Assembly: GCA_963796055.1 (NCBI GenBank)
Contig: CAWCKH010000004.1
Location: 2,080,001-2,144,000, forward strand
Direction of reading: 5' to 3'
Source: an uncultured delta proteobacterium
Lineage (GTDB): Bacteria; Myxococcota; Myxococcia; Myxococcales; Myxococcaceae
Length of the DNA: 64,000 nucleotides
Shown: positions 1-9,055 of the stretch, in pieces
How positions within the stretch are numbered: position 1 is the stretch's first letter
Layout of the letters: every line of letters starts with the position of its first letter
The notes under the pieces: generated by a model
What the model was told of the DNA's origin: nothing
The model's database searches: none
Seen by the model: only the letters and a program-made list of their open reading frames with translations
Position numbers and translations under genes: made by a program

Positions 1-676
1 GGGTCACTCGGCAAGCTCGGGGAGCGCGCTGATACGCCTCGACCTCGCGGCGGTGGCGCTGCGGCTGGGGCGGCTCCTGGCCGAGCTTGCGCCGGCCGAG
101 CCCGAAGCGCTGGGGCTGCTCGCGCTGATGGAGCTCACCGCGGCCCGCGTCCCAGCGCGCTCGGATGCAGCCGGGGACCCGGTGCTGCTCATGGATCAGG
201 ATCGCTCCCTGTGGGACTCTGGGCTCCTGTCGGCCGGGCTCGCCACCCTCGAGCGCGCCGAGGCGCTCGGAGGCGAGCCGGGTCCTTATCGTCTCCAGGC
301 GGCGATCGCCGGATGCCACACCCGGGCGCACCGGGCCGAGGACACCGACTGGAAACGCATCGCCTCGCTCTACGGCGAGCTGGCCCGCCGCGCGCCGTCG
401 CCGGTGGTGGAGCTGAACCGAGCGCTGGCCGTGTCCCGCGCCGAGGGCCCCGCAGCCGGACTCGCCCTGCTGGATGCGCTCGTCCACGAGCCATCGCTTG
501 CGCGCTACCCGCAGCTCCCCGGCGCGCGGGCAGACCTCCTCTACCAGCTCGGGGAGTACGCCCGGGCATGCAAGGAGTTCGAGCGTGCGGCCTCCCTCGC
601 CGGGAACGAGCGGGTCCGGAGACGGCTGCTGGCACGCGCGGAGGAATGCGCCCGACGTGCGGCGGACGACGCATAG
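1..676 (+). CDS. C-terminal TPR-like extension (DUF6596-type) of an ECF42-like sigma factor, 5'-truncated by the window edge
   Basis: Motifs EALGLLALM, ARSDAAGDPVLLMDQDRSLWD, GPYRLQAAIAGCH, TDWKRI and PSPVVELNRALA are typical of ECF42 C-terminal extensions; stop TAG at 674-676. Confidence 0.8.
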   Translation, partial: GHSASSGSALIRLDLAAVALRLGRLLAELAPAEPEALGLLALMELTAARVPARSDAAGDPVLLMDQDRSLWDSGLLSAGLATLERAEALGGEPGPYRLQAAIAGCHTRAHRAEDTDWKRIASLYGELARRAPSPVVELNRALAVSRAEGPAAGLALLDALVHEPSLARYPQLPGARADLLYQLGEYARACKEFERAASLAGNERVRRRLLARAEECARRAADDA

Positions 677-688
677 GAGGGTTGGGGG

Positions 689-2041
689 CTATTGCGCCAC
701 CGGAGCTTCGGCGCGGCGGCTCTGCATCCGGCGCTCGATCTCCTCCGGGTCCTTGGGGATCGCCCGGGTGATCACCTCGGCACCGCTGGGGGTGATGAGG
801 ATCTCGTCCTCGATCCGCACCCCGAACCCGCGCTGCGGCAGGTAGATGCCCGGCTCCACCGTGAGCACCGCACCCGCGGGCAGCGGCGCGTCGTAGTCGC
901 CGGCGTCGTGCACCTCGAGCCCCACGAAGTGGCAACAGCCGTGCAGGGCGGCGTCGTGGTACCCCGCGTCGTCGATGACCTTCCGCACCGCTCGATCGAG
1001 CGTGCGCGGGGTCACGCCGGCCCGGGCCGCGGCGATGCCCGCCGCCTGCGCCCGGAGGACGAGGTCGTAGATCTCCCGCTGCTCGGGGCTGAACTTGCCG
1101 GACACCGGGTAGGTCCGGGTCACGTCGGTGGCGTAGAACTGCTCCTCGGCGCCGGCGTCCACCACCACCACCTCGCCCTCCTTCATCACCCGCTCGTCCT
1201 TGGGGTAGTGGAGGACCGCACCGTTGGGGCCGGAGCCGACGATGGAATCGTAGGCCACGTGGCGCGAGCCCGAGCGCCGGAAGGCGTCCTCGATGGCGTC
1301 CTTCAGCTCGAATTCGCGCATGCCCGGCCGGAGCACCTCCAGCACCCGCGCATGCCCGGCAGCCGTGTGCTCGATGCCCTTCCGCATGAGCTTGATCTCC
1401 TCGGGGTCCTTCGCCTCGCGCATCCGGGCCAGGGTGTCGTGCAGATCGTTCACCTTGCACCCGTAGGACCGGTCCATCGCCTCGGCGTAGTAGGTCATCA
1501 CCTTTGGCTTCGGCTGCGGCTCGGCCACGAACTGCCCGACGAAGTTGAGCCCGCCATGGGGACAGGCATGGAGCAGCGCCTTGCCCAGCCACTCGGTCCG
1601 GTGCACCTGGGCGATGCCGCTGGTGCTCTCCAGCGCCTGCGAGGGGAGCTTCGCTCGCTCGCCCTCCCACTGCCCGCGCTCGACGTCCAGCGGACGGAGA
1701 AAGAGCACCTCCGGGTCCGGTGAGGCCGGATCGAGGAGCAGGGCGGCCCCGGGCTCGTCGATGCCGGTCAGGTAATAGAAATCCATTCCCTCCCGCATCC
1801 CCTCGAACCGCGCCTCGTTCACCACCAGCGTGGCGCCGGTCTTCAGCTTCTCCATCAGCGCCTTGCGCCGCCGCCGGTAAGCCTCGGGGCCGAGCGTCCC
1901 GTCGGGGCCGATGGTGCGACGCTCGGGCGCGACCGAGGGTTTGAGATACTTGCCCACGGGGAGTGGTCTGAGAACCTCCTGGACCGGGCCGGGTGGCTCG
2001 GCGCCGAGGAGGACGAGGGCGAGGAACGAAGCTGGATGCAT
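689..2041 (-). CDS. pepP: Xaa-Pro aminopeptidase (M24B), probably exported
   Basis: DFYYLTG N-domain; metal-ligand motifs VDAG, YATDVTRT, HFVGLEVHD, TVEPGIY, GVRIEDE; hydrophobic N-terminus. Confidence 0.88.
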   Translation of the reverse strand: MHPASFLALVLLGAEPPGPVQEVLRPLPVGKYLKPSVAPERRTIGPDGTLGPEAYRRRRKALMEKLKTGATLVVNEARFEGMREGMDFYYLTGIDEPGAALLLDPASPDPEVLFLRPLDVERGQWEGERAKLPSQALESTSGIAQVHRTEWLGKALLHACPHGGLNFVGQFVAEPQPKPKVMTYYAEAMDRSYGCKVNDLHDTLARMREAKDPEEIKLMRKGIEHTAAGHARVLEVLRPGMREFELKDAIEDAFRRSGSRHVAYDSIVGSGPNGAVLHYPKDERVMKEGEVVVVDAGAEEQFYATDVTRTYPVSGKFSPEQREIYDLVLRAQAAGIAAARAGVTPRTLDRAVRKVIDDAGYHDAALHGCCHFVGLEVHDAGDYDAPLPAGAVLTVEPGIYLPQRGFGVRIEDEILITPSGAEVITRAIPKDPEEIERRMQSRRAEAPVAQ

Positions 2042-2228
2042 GGGCCGGGCAGCATCGCCGTCTGCACCACGCCGGGCAACGTGCGAGCTCGCCCGGTGCG
2101 GTCAACGGCCTTCGTGCGGGTGCCAGGCCCCCGGAAGGTTGTGCAACCGGTGTGCGACGTTCGCCACGTGACGCGCGCCAGCCACCCGGGCAGGCTCGTG
2201 CTCCGTTCGCCGGAGGAGGTCAGCAGCC

Positions 2229-2474
2229 GTGTTCGGACTGTGCTCGTGGATCGTCGTGGGGCTCGTCATCGGCGCCATCGCCCGGGCGCTCTTCCCCGGG
2301 CGTCAGCCGATGGGATGGATCGGCACCGCGCTCCTGGGGATGGCAGGCTCGCTGGTGGGCGGGTTCCTGAGCTCGCTCCTCTGGCACGGAGGCCTCCGGG
2401 TGCTCCACCCCGGGGGGCTCATCGCCTCGGTGCTCGGGGCGATGCTCCTGCTCTGGATCGTCTCGAGGCGCTAG
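2229..2474 (+). CDS. GlsB/YeaQ/YmgE (transglycosylase-associated) small membrane protein
   Basis: 81 aa, WIVVGLVIGAIARALFPG...LLGMAGSLVGG pattern; GGAGGAGG RBS upstream. Confidence 0.88.
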   Translation: MFGLCSWIVVGLVIGAIARALFPGRQPMGWIGTALLGMAGSLVGGFLSSLLWHGGLRVLHPGGLIASVLGAMLLLWIVSRR

Positions 2475-2534
2475 GAGCGCCGCCCCGGGCGGAGCGGCGC
2501 ATTCGATCGAGCGGGGGTGGGGAGGCGGAGGTGC

Positions 2535-2878
2535 TCACGGAGCCCCGGGTCGGTCCTTCGGGATTTCAGCCTCGCGGTGAACGACCAAGCCGGGACGGCC
2601 GCGGACCTGAGCCGGGTGCCGATTCAACTCGGGCTGCTGCGGAGCCACGGCGGCCCGGGAAGGCTCGGTGGGCCGTCGGGCGGCTCTGCTCCTACCCTCG
2701 GCGATCACCGCCAGCGGGCCGGCCACAACGGAGAATCCCAGGGCGGCCCATCCAATCTGCGAGCTCCCCACCACGAGCACCCCGCCAACGGCCGCGAGGA
2801 TCACCACGAGGATCAACACGGCGCGGAGAAGAGGTGCCGAGGTGGCGACCTGGACCGAATCGGAGGACTGGTACACGG
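2535..2878 (-). CDS. Hypothetical membrane protein (two hydrophobic segments)
   Basis: GGGAG RBS precedes a GTG; two hydrophobic helices followed by a hydrophilic tail; no family recognised. Confidence 0.45.
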
Positions 2879-3250
2879 TGACTCCCTGCAAGGAGGCCCA
2901 CTGCGAGGGGGCCGTGGGGGCCTTGCAGCCGCCGCGCCCAACCGCTGGGCCCGGGAGTCATCGGGAGTTAGAGCCCGACCCCGGCGGTCCCGGTGAGGCG
3001 GGCCAGGCTACAAGCGGCGGACAAGCGTTGCTCTCGGTGCAACCGCTCCTGGCGGAGACCGCGAACTGGGCGGGCGACGGTGGCGCGCCTGCGATCCATG
3101 TCCGCCCTCCGACGACGGTTTCCGTCTCGAGCGCAGGCAAGCCGCGCCGTCGAAGGAGAGCTCACACGAGCAGATGGTGGATGCAGAGAACGATGGTCAT
3201 TGGCATAACGGCCATCGATCTCCAGAAATAGAGGCACCCGGTCCGGCGCG

Positions 3251-4699
3251 TCACTTCGCCGAGACGACCTTCAGCTCGCCGAGCAGCGGCATGATCTCCG
3301 CGCTGCTCTCCTCGCCCAACGTCAGATGCGTGGCGTCCGCCACCGGCTGACCGAACGTGGGGTCGAGCTGGGTCCACGTCCCGACCCACGCCTCCACCCA
3401 CTCGTGCCAGTACAGGGCGGGCACCCCGTCCTCGTTCTGCACGTACACCACGCCGTCCACCCGGCGCGCCGGGATGCCGAGGGCGCGGAGCAGGGAGATG
3501 CTGAGGAGGGAGTGCTCGGTGCAGTCCCCGCGCAGCGTCCGGAGCACGTCGGTCGCGCGGTCGGCGCTCGCCCCGTAGTCCTTCTTCATCGTCCGGCCGA
3601 CCCAGGCCACCACCTTCTTCGCCGCGGCATAGGCGTCGGTCTCGCCGCCGGCGATCTCCTTCGCCTTGGCGACGATGGCCGGGTTGTCGGACTCGACCAG
3701 GATCGAGGACTTCAAGTATTCGGCGGTGTCCGGCGGATGCGGCGCCCCGCGCTTCACCAGCTTCGCCGGCGCAGGTGGTGCGGCGCGGATGGTCACCTCG
3801 GACTTTCCGTTCCCCAGGGTCCGGTAGGTCTGTCGGTCGGTCGGCCGATGGAACTTCTCCGGAAAGCCGGCCAGCACCAGGGTCCACTCCCCGGGGACTT
3901 TCCGGGCCGTCGCCGGCGGGGCGGCGGGGAGGACCAGCCGGGTCAGCCCGAAGATCTCCACCCGGTCCAGCCGCTCGGCGACCGACTTCGGCTCGGCCCG
4001 GCCGATCATCGCCGAGCCGTAGGACATCTCCACCACCGCGCCGTCGGGAGCGACCACCGCCTGCATCGGCACCTTCTCCTTCTCGGAGACGATGCTCGCC
4101 TTCCGCAAGAGCACCGAGACCCCGTTCACCACCCGCCGCTCCTCGGCCACCGGGGTGGTGGTCATCCGGTACTGCCCGAGGTCGGTCCCGTCCAGCGCCA
4201 TGCCCGAGACCTCCTTGCCCCGGAGCAGCGCGACCCGGAGCTGGTCGGCGTCCTCCACCGTCTCCTGGATCGGGGGCAGGGCAATGGTGTCGTCGGCCTG
4301 GCCCGGGCGGTGTCGCTTCACGGTGAAGCCCGTGGGGGTCGCCTTGCCGGTGAGCACCTGGTTGCCGCCGTCCCCCTCGTCCTGGATGACGAAGGAGAGC
4401 AGCCGTCCACCCGACTTCGATTCGTAGATCCGCTCCTCGTGGTGGCGCCGCTCGGCGGTGTTGTTGCCCACCACCGCCTTGAAGACGAAGTCGGCGACCG
4501 AGCGGACCTCGGGCCGGCCCGGCACCGCCTCGAGGTCGGTGAAGTACCAGCCCACCTTCTTGTCCACCAGGTAGAGGCCGAAGTACTCGCCGCCATGCGG
4601 GCGCGGCGCGCGCAGCACGTCGGAGCTCGCCTCGCCCCGGGCCGTCAGCGGGGCGGCCAGGAGCAGCGCGAGGGCGGGGAGGAGGAGGGGTCGAGGCAC
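3251..4699 (-). CDS. Exported transglutaminase-like domain protein
   Basis: Signal peptide; C-terminal Cys-His-Asp triad GDCTEH / WHEWVE / LDPT; its GTG overlaps the GNAT stop by 1 nt. Confidence 0.85.
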   Translation of the reverse strand: MPRPLLLPALALLLAAPLTARGEASSDVLRAPRPHGGEYFGLYLVDKKVGWYFTDLEAVPGRPEVRSVADFVFKAVVGNNTAERRHHEERIYESKSGGRLLSFVIQDEGDGGNQVLTGKATPTGFTVKRHRPGQADDTIALPPIQETVEDADQLRVALLRGKEVSGMALDGTDLGQYRMTTTPVAEERRVVNGVSVLLRKASIVSEKEKVPMQAVVAPDGAVVEMSYGSAMIGRAEPKSVAERLDRVEIFGLTRLVLPAAPPATARKVPGEWTLVLAGFPEKFHRPTDRQTYRTLGNGKSEVTIRAAPPAPAKLVKRGAPHPPDTAEYLKSSILVESDNPAIVAKAKEIAGGETDAYAAAKKVVAWVGRTMKKDYGASADRATDVLRTLRGDCTEHSLLSISLLRALGIPARRVDGVVYVQNEDGVPALYWHEWVEAWVGTWTQLDPTFGQPVADATHLTLGEESSAEIMPLLGELKVVSAK

Positions 4700-5166
4700 T
4701 AAAGCTTCTTCTTCAGCAAGATCAGGTCGTCCCCCACCTTGTAGAAGTCCCGGAAGCGGGCCTCCTCCAGGTAGCGCATCGACTGGTAGAAGCCTCGCGC
4801 CGGGCCGTAGTCCTCGGTGGCCGACGTCTCCACCCGCACCAGCCGGGCCTTCCGCCGCCGGAGGTCGCCCTCCATCGCCGCCACCAGCCCGGCCCCGATC
4901 CCCTTGCCCCGGAGCGAGGGCTCGCTGCAGATCCAGTACAGGTCGAACGTTCCGTCGGTCATCGGGGTGGGGCCGTAGCAGACGTAACCCCCGAGCTGCC
5001 CACCGATCAGCGCCACCAACAGGAAATAGTCCGGACTATTCGGCTGCAACGCCAGGTCGATGACCTCGAGCGCGCAGCGCACCTCGTCGGGTGAGAAGTT
5101 CTCGATGCGGTCGAGCAGCCTCGCGAGGCCTTCCCTGTCTTCTGGGACGGCGGGACGGATGTCCAT
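4699..5166 (-). CDS. GNAT family N-acetyltransferase
   Basis: MDIRPA start; GYVCYGPTPMTDGTFDLYWI; acetyl-CoA motif LRGKGIG; ARGFY. Confidence 0.88.
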   Translation of the reverse strand: MDIRPAVPEDREGLARLLDRIENFSPDEVRCALEVIDLALQPNSPDYFLLVALIGGQLGGYVCYGPTPMTDGTFDLYWICSEPSLRGKGIGAGLVAAMEGDLRRRKARLVRVETSATEDYGPARGFYQSMRYLEEARFRDFYKVGDDLILLKKKL

Positions 5167-6157
5167 GGGTCCTTTCGAGCGCGACGTCCACCAGTCGCAG
5201 CGCCAGCGCCGAGTACTCCAGCCCGGCCGCCGCTGCGCTCCTGGCGAAACCCGCCTCGGGATGCAAGTCACAGTTGGGGTTGATGTCAATGACCCAGGGC
5301 TGACCGTCGTCGGAGAGGCGCAGGTCCACCCGCCCGTAGTCCCTGCAGCCCAGCGCCTCGAACGCGGCGAGCGCCGTCTCCACCACGCGCCGCTCGATCT
5401 GCTGCGGAAGGGTGCAGGGAACCGAGGGGCTGTCGATGCACTCGGGTGACGATGGCTCCCACTTCGCCCGGTAGCTCACGATGTGTGGGCGGCCGTCGAA
5501 GGCGCCACCGAAGCGGATCTCCGACAGGGGAAGCGCGGCGCGGGGCGCGTTGCCCAGCAGCGAGACGTAGACCTCCCGGCCCGGGACGAAGCGCTCGACC
5601 AGCGCCGGCTGCTTGAAGGTGCGGAGCACGCGCCGGACCACGTCGCGAAGCCCGCGCTCGTCCTCGACCACCGAGTCGAAGTCCACGCCGACCGAGGCGT
5701 CCTCCCGGGAGGGCTTCACGATCAGCGGAAAGGGCAGCCCGATGCCCTCGAGCTGGGCCAGCCGCTCGACCACCCGGAAGGGTGGGGTGGGGACGCCGCG
5801 GGCGACGAGCAGCTCCTTGGCCTTGTCCTTGTGGAGGGCCAGGCCGAGCGCGAGGGGTCCCGAGCCGGAGTAGGGCAGCCCGAGCATGTCCAGCAGGCAC
5901 GGGACGGCCATCTCGCCCCGCGCATCCCCCCCGATGGACTCACAGAGGTTGAGGACCAGGTCCGTGGACCGGGCGCTCAGGGGGTCGACGATGCCGGCGG
6001 GGCTCGGCCCCACGGGGAGGACCGACACCTCGTAGCCAGCCTTCCCCAGTGCCCGGGCGAGCTCGGCAGCCACTCGCTCCACGTCCGCCCTCGCCTCGCG
6101 TCCTGGGTCTTCCTCCAGAGCATCGGCGTCCGCGTTGTGCAGGAGCGTGATGTGCAT
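5036..6157 (-). CDS. D-Ala-D-Ala-ligase-like ATP-grasp enzyme (non-canonical)
   Basis: LPYSGSG, HKDKAK, PLIVKPSREDASVG, VERFVPGRE, GCRDYGRVDLR, DINPNC; lacks the canonical Ddl GGxSxEH and HGxxGEDG motifs; 3' end overlaps the GNAT gene. Confidence 0.85.
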   Translation of the reverse strand: MHITLLHNADADALEEDPGREARADVERVAAELARALGKAGYEVSVLPVGPSPAGIVDPLSARSTDLVLNLCESIGGDARGEMAVPCLLDMLGLPYSGSGPLALGLALHKDKAKELLVARGVPTPPFRVVERLAQLEGIGLPFPLIVKPSREDASVGVDFDSVVEDERGLRDVVRRVLRTFKQPALVERFVPGREVYVSLLGNAPRAALPLSEIRFGGAFDGRPHIVSYRAKWEPSSPECIDSPSVPCTLPQQIERRVVETALAAFEALGCRDYGRVDLRLSDDGQPWVIDINPNCDLHPEAGFARSAAAAGLEYSALALRLVDVALERTHGHPSRRPRRQGRPREAARPHRELLTRRGALRARGHRPGVAAE

Positions 6158-6195
6158 GCAGTAGAACCGTGGATGTAGCACGATCTGGCGACACG

Positions 6196-7503
6196 ATGCG
6201 CATTCGCGATCCGATCCACGGCACCCTCCCGGTGTCCGCCGACGAGGCGGCCGTCGTGGACAGCGCCTGGTACCAGCGTCTGCGGCACGTGCGGCAGCTG
6301 GGGTTCGGCGAGCTGGCCTTCCCCGGGGCGACCCATACCCGGCATGCCCACTCGCTCGGGGCGATGCACGTGGTGGGGCGGCTCTTCGACGCCCTCGCCG
6401 CCCGGAGCGACCTGCCCGACCCCGTCCGGCAGCGGTTCCGGACCGCGCTGCGCCTGGCCGTCCTCTGCCACGACCTGGGGCACATGCCCCTCAGCCACGC
6501 CAGCGAGCGCATCGCGCCGCCGCGGGCCGAGCTCGGGCTCCCGGCCTGGACCGGCAGCGACGGGGGGCAGGCCCGCCACGAGGACTTCACGGTGAAGCTC
6601 CTCCTGGACACCGACCTCACCGACCTCGTCCGGACCCGGGTGGGGGACCAGGGCATCACCGGCGAGGCGCTGGCGGCGCTGGTGACAGGGCGGACACCGC
6701 CCGCCGGGCTGGACTTCCGGTACGGCGGCGCGGACTGGGCCCCCCTGCTCCGGGCGCTGGTCTCGGGGGAGCTGGACGCCGACCGGATGGACTACCTGCT
6801 CCGGGACTCGTTCTACACCGGGGTGAACTACGGCCGGTTCGACCTGGACTGGCTGGTCCAGAACCTCCACCCGGCCGAGCGGGACGGGCGGGTGGAGCTG
6901 GCGCTGTCGCGGAGCGCGGTCCTCGCTTTCGAGGACTTCCTGTTGAGCCGGCACCACATGTTCCTGTCGGTGTACCTGCACCACACCGCGGTGAGCTTCG
7001 ACTGGATGCTGGAGGCCTACTACCGGGACGCCCCGGGCGAATTCGAGATTCCGGCCGATCCGGGACGTTTCCTCCGGACCGACGACGTGGCCCTGCTCTG
7101 GGCGCTCCGGGCCTCGTCGAACCGCTGGGCGCAGCGCATCGTCCGGCGGCAGGGATTCAAGCTGCTGGCCCAGTTCACCGAGCGGGACGAGGGCTACGAC
7201 CTGGGCGCGCTCTCGGCGGCGCTGACCGAGGCCGGGGTGGAGCACTTCACCGTCGAGAGCCGGGAGACGCTGTCCCGGTACTTCGAGGAGGGGGAGGGAC
7301 CGAGCCTGTACGTCCTGGACGAGTCCTCCGGGCGGTTGACGCCGGTGGCCCGCTACACACCCCTGTACCAGCGCTATGCGTCCCCGGTCCGTCTGTCCCG
7401 GGCGTATGTGCTTCCAGAGAGCCTGGATCGGGCGCGGCAGGCGCTGGCAGGTGTCACCGCAGCGAAGCTCCGCGATGCGATAGGGTCCGCCGGCAAGCGA
7501 TGA
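6196..7503 (+). CDS. HD-domain phosphohydrolase (YdhJ / SAMHD1-like dNTP triphosphohydrolase family)
   Basis: IRDPIHG, QRLRHVRQLG, FPGATHTRHAHSLG, CHDLGH, LDADRMDYLLRD. Confidence 0.88.
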   Translation: MRIRDPIHGTLPVSADEAAVVDSAWYQRLRHVRQLGFGELAFPGATHTRHAHSLGAMHVVGRLFDALAARSDLPDPVRQRFRTALRLAVLCHDLGHMPLSHASERIAPPRAELGLPAWTGSDGGQARHEDFTVKLLLDTDLTDLVRTRVGDQGITGEALAALVTGRTPPAGLDFRYGGADWAPLLRALVSGELDADRMDYLLRDSFYTGVNYGRFDLDWLVQNLHPAERDGRVELALSRSAVLAFEDFLLSRHHMFLSVYLHHTAVSFDWMLEAYYRDAPGEFEIPADPGRFLRTDDVALLWALRASSNRWAQRIVRRQGFKLLAQFTERDEGYDLGALSAALTEAGVEHFTVESRETLSRYFEEGEGPSLYVLDESSGRLTPVARYTPLYQRYASPVRLSRAYVLPESLDRARQALAGVTAAKLRDAIGSAGKR

Positions 7504-8999
7504 GCGAGGCGATCCCGGGGATGCAGGAGGCGCCGCCGCCGGCGGAGCCGAGAGACGCCGCAGTGGTGGTCCTGGTGCGCATGGGGCCCCGTGGGCTGGA
7601 GACGTTCTGGCTCCGGCGCGAGCGCACCGTCTCCTTCGCCGCGGGCTTCTACGCCTTCCCCGGCGGACGGGTGGACGCCGCCGACGCCGAGATACCGATC
7701 GAGGGTGCAGGGCCCCCCGATTCGCGGCTGGTGGCCGCCGCCGCCCGCGAGCTGTTCGAGGAGACAGGGGTGCTCGCCGCCCGCGGACGGACCCCGGACG
7801 CCCCCACGCTCGCTGCCGCCCGTGCCGCGCTGCTCGAGGGCAAGGAGCCCTTCTCGGCGGTGCTCGGCCGCCTCGGGCTGCAGATCGACGCGCTGGACTT
7901 CGAGCCCGCGGGCCGCTGGGTGACGCCGCCCTTCATGCCCACGCGCTTCGATGCGCGCTTCTTCCTGGTGGAGGTCCCGCCCGGGACCCGGGCCGAGGTG
8001 TGGCCGGGCGAGGCGGCCGAGGGCAGCTGGGTTCGACCGACGGATGCGCTCACCCTGTGGCAGGAGGGCCGGGCGCTGCTCCACCCCCCCAACCGGCACG
8101 CCCTGAACGTGCTCAGCCGCGTGCGCCGGACGGTGGACGCGGTGGCCTGGCTCGCCTCCCCGACGGCGGCGGACACCCGCATCGAGTTCCAGCGGGGCAT
8201 CCGGCTGGTGGCGCTGCGGACGCCCACCTTGCTCCCCGCCACCCATACCAATTGCTGGATTCTCGGGACGGGCGAGCTGCTCATCGTGGACCCGGGCGCG
8301 TCCGAGCCGGCGGAGATCGACCGGCTGACGGCGCACGTCCGCGCGCTTGCGGCCGAGGACTGCCGGCCCCTGGCGGTGCTGCTCACCCACCACCACCTGG
8401 ACCACGTGGGCGGGGCGCGGGCGGTGAGCGAGCAGCTGGGGATTCCGGTCTGGTGCCACGCCCGGACCGCCGACCGCCTCCCGTTCCGTGCGGACCGGCT
8501 GCTCGAGGAGGGCGACGAGCTGGTGCTGGCCGGTGCGCCGGGGATGCGCTGGCGGGTGCTCCACACCCCGGGGCATGCGCGCGGGCACATCAGCCTCCTC
8601 GACACCACCACCCGGGCGGCGGTGGTCGGGGACATGGTGGCGGGGCAGGGGACCATCCTCATCGACCCGCCCGAGGGCGACATGGCCGAGTACCTGCGGC
8701 AGCTCGCCCGGCTGCGGGACCTGCCGGTCCGCGCGGTGTACCCGGCGCACGGGCCTCCGCTGCCGGATGGCCCGAGCGCGCTGAGCACGGTCGTCGACCA
8801 CCGGGCGATGCGGGAGAGGCGGGTGCAGGCGGCGCTGAGCACCATCCCCCGGCCCCTCGAGGAGCTGGCCGCGGAGGCGTACGCCGACACCCCGGGCGTG
8901 ATTCCGTACCTCGCCGAGCGGAGCACCCTGGCCATCCTCGAGAAGCTCCGGGACGACGGCTTCGCCCGAGAGGTCGGAGGCGGCTGGGCGCTGCTGTGA
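7500..8999 (+). CDS. Nudix hydrolase / metallo-beta-lactamase-fold (LACTB2-like) fusion
   Basis: FPGGRVD...AARELFEETG Nudix box and WVTP..RFDARFF; THHHLDH, HTPGH, GD and PAHG MBL motifs; ATGA overlap with the HD gene. Confidence 0.85.
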   Translation: MSEAIPGMQEAPPPAEPRDAAVVVLVRMGPRGLETFWLRRERTVSFAAGFYAFPGGRVDAADAEIPIEGAGPPDSRLVAAAARELFEETGVLAARGRTPDAPTLAAARAALLEGKEPFSAVLGRLGLQIDALDFEPAGRWVTPPFMPTRFDARFFLVEVPPGTRAEVWPGEAAEGSWVRPTDALTLWQEGRALLHPPNRHALNVLSRVRRTVDAVAWLASPTAADTRIEFQRGIRLVALRTPTLLPATHTNCWILGTGELLIVDPGASEPAEIDRLTAHVRALAAEDCRPLAVLLTHHHLDHVGGARAVSEQLGIPVWCHARTADRLPFRADRLLEEGDELVLAGAPGMRWRVLHTPGHARGHISLLDTTTRAAVVGDMVAGQGTILIDPPEGDMAEYLRQLARLRDLPVRAVYPAHGPPLPDGPSALSTVVDHRAMRERRVQAALSTIPRPLEELAAEAYADTPGVIPYLAERSTLAILEKLRDDGFAREVGGGWALL

Positions 9000-9055
9000 A
9001 CCTCGGGCGGGCCTCCTGAAGCCTCTCTTGACGGGCTGTGCCGGGACGGGCCTAG

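Noticed and set aside
2892..3250. Possible small ORFs or ncRNA in a 360-nt gap
   Set aside because: No recognisable protein motif, RBS-supported start or RNA family structure.
5036..6157. Canonical ddl or van-type resistance ligase
   Set aside because: Ddl N-terminal motifs are missing and there are no mur or van neighbours.
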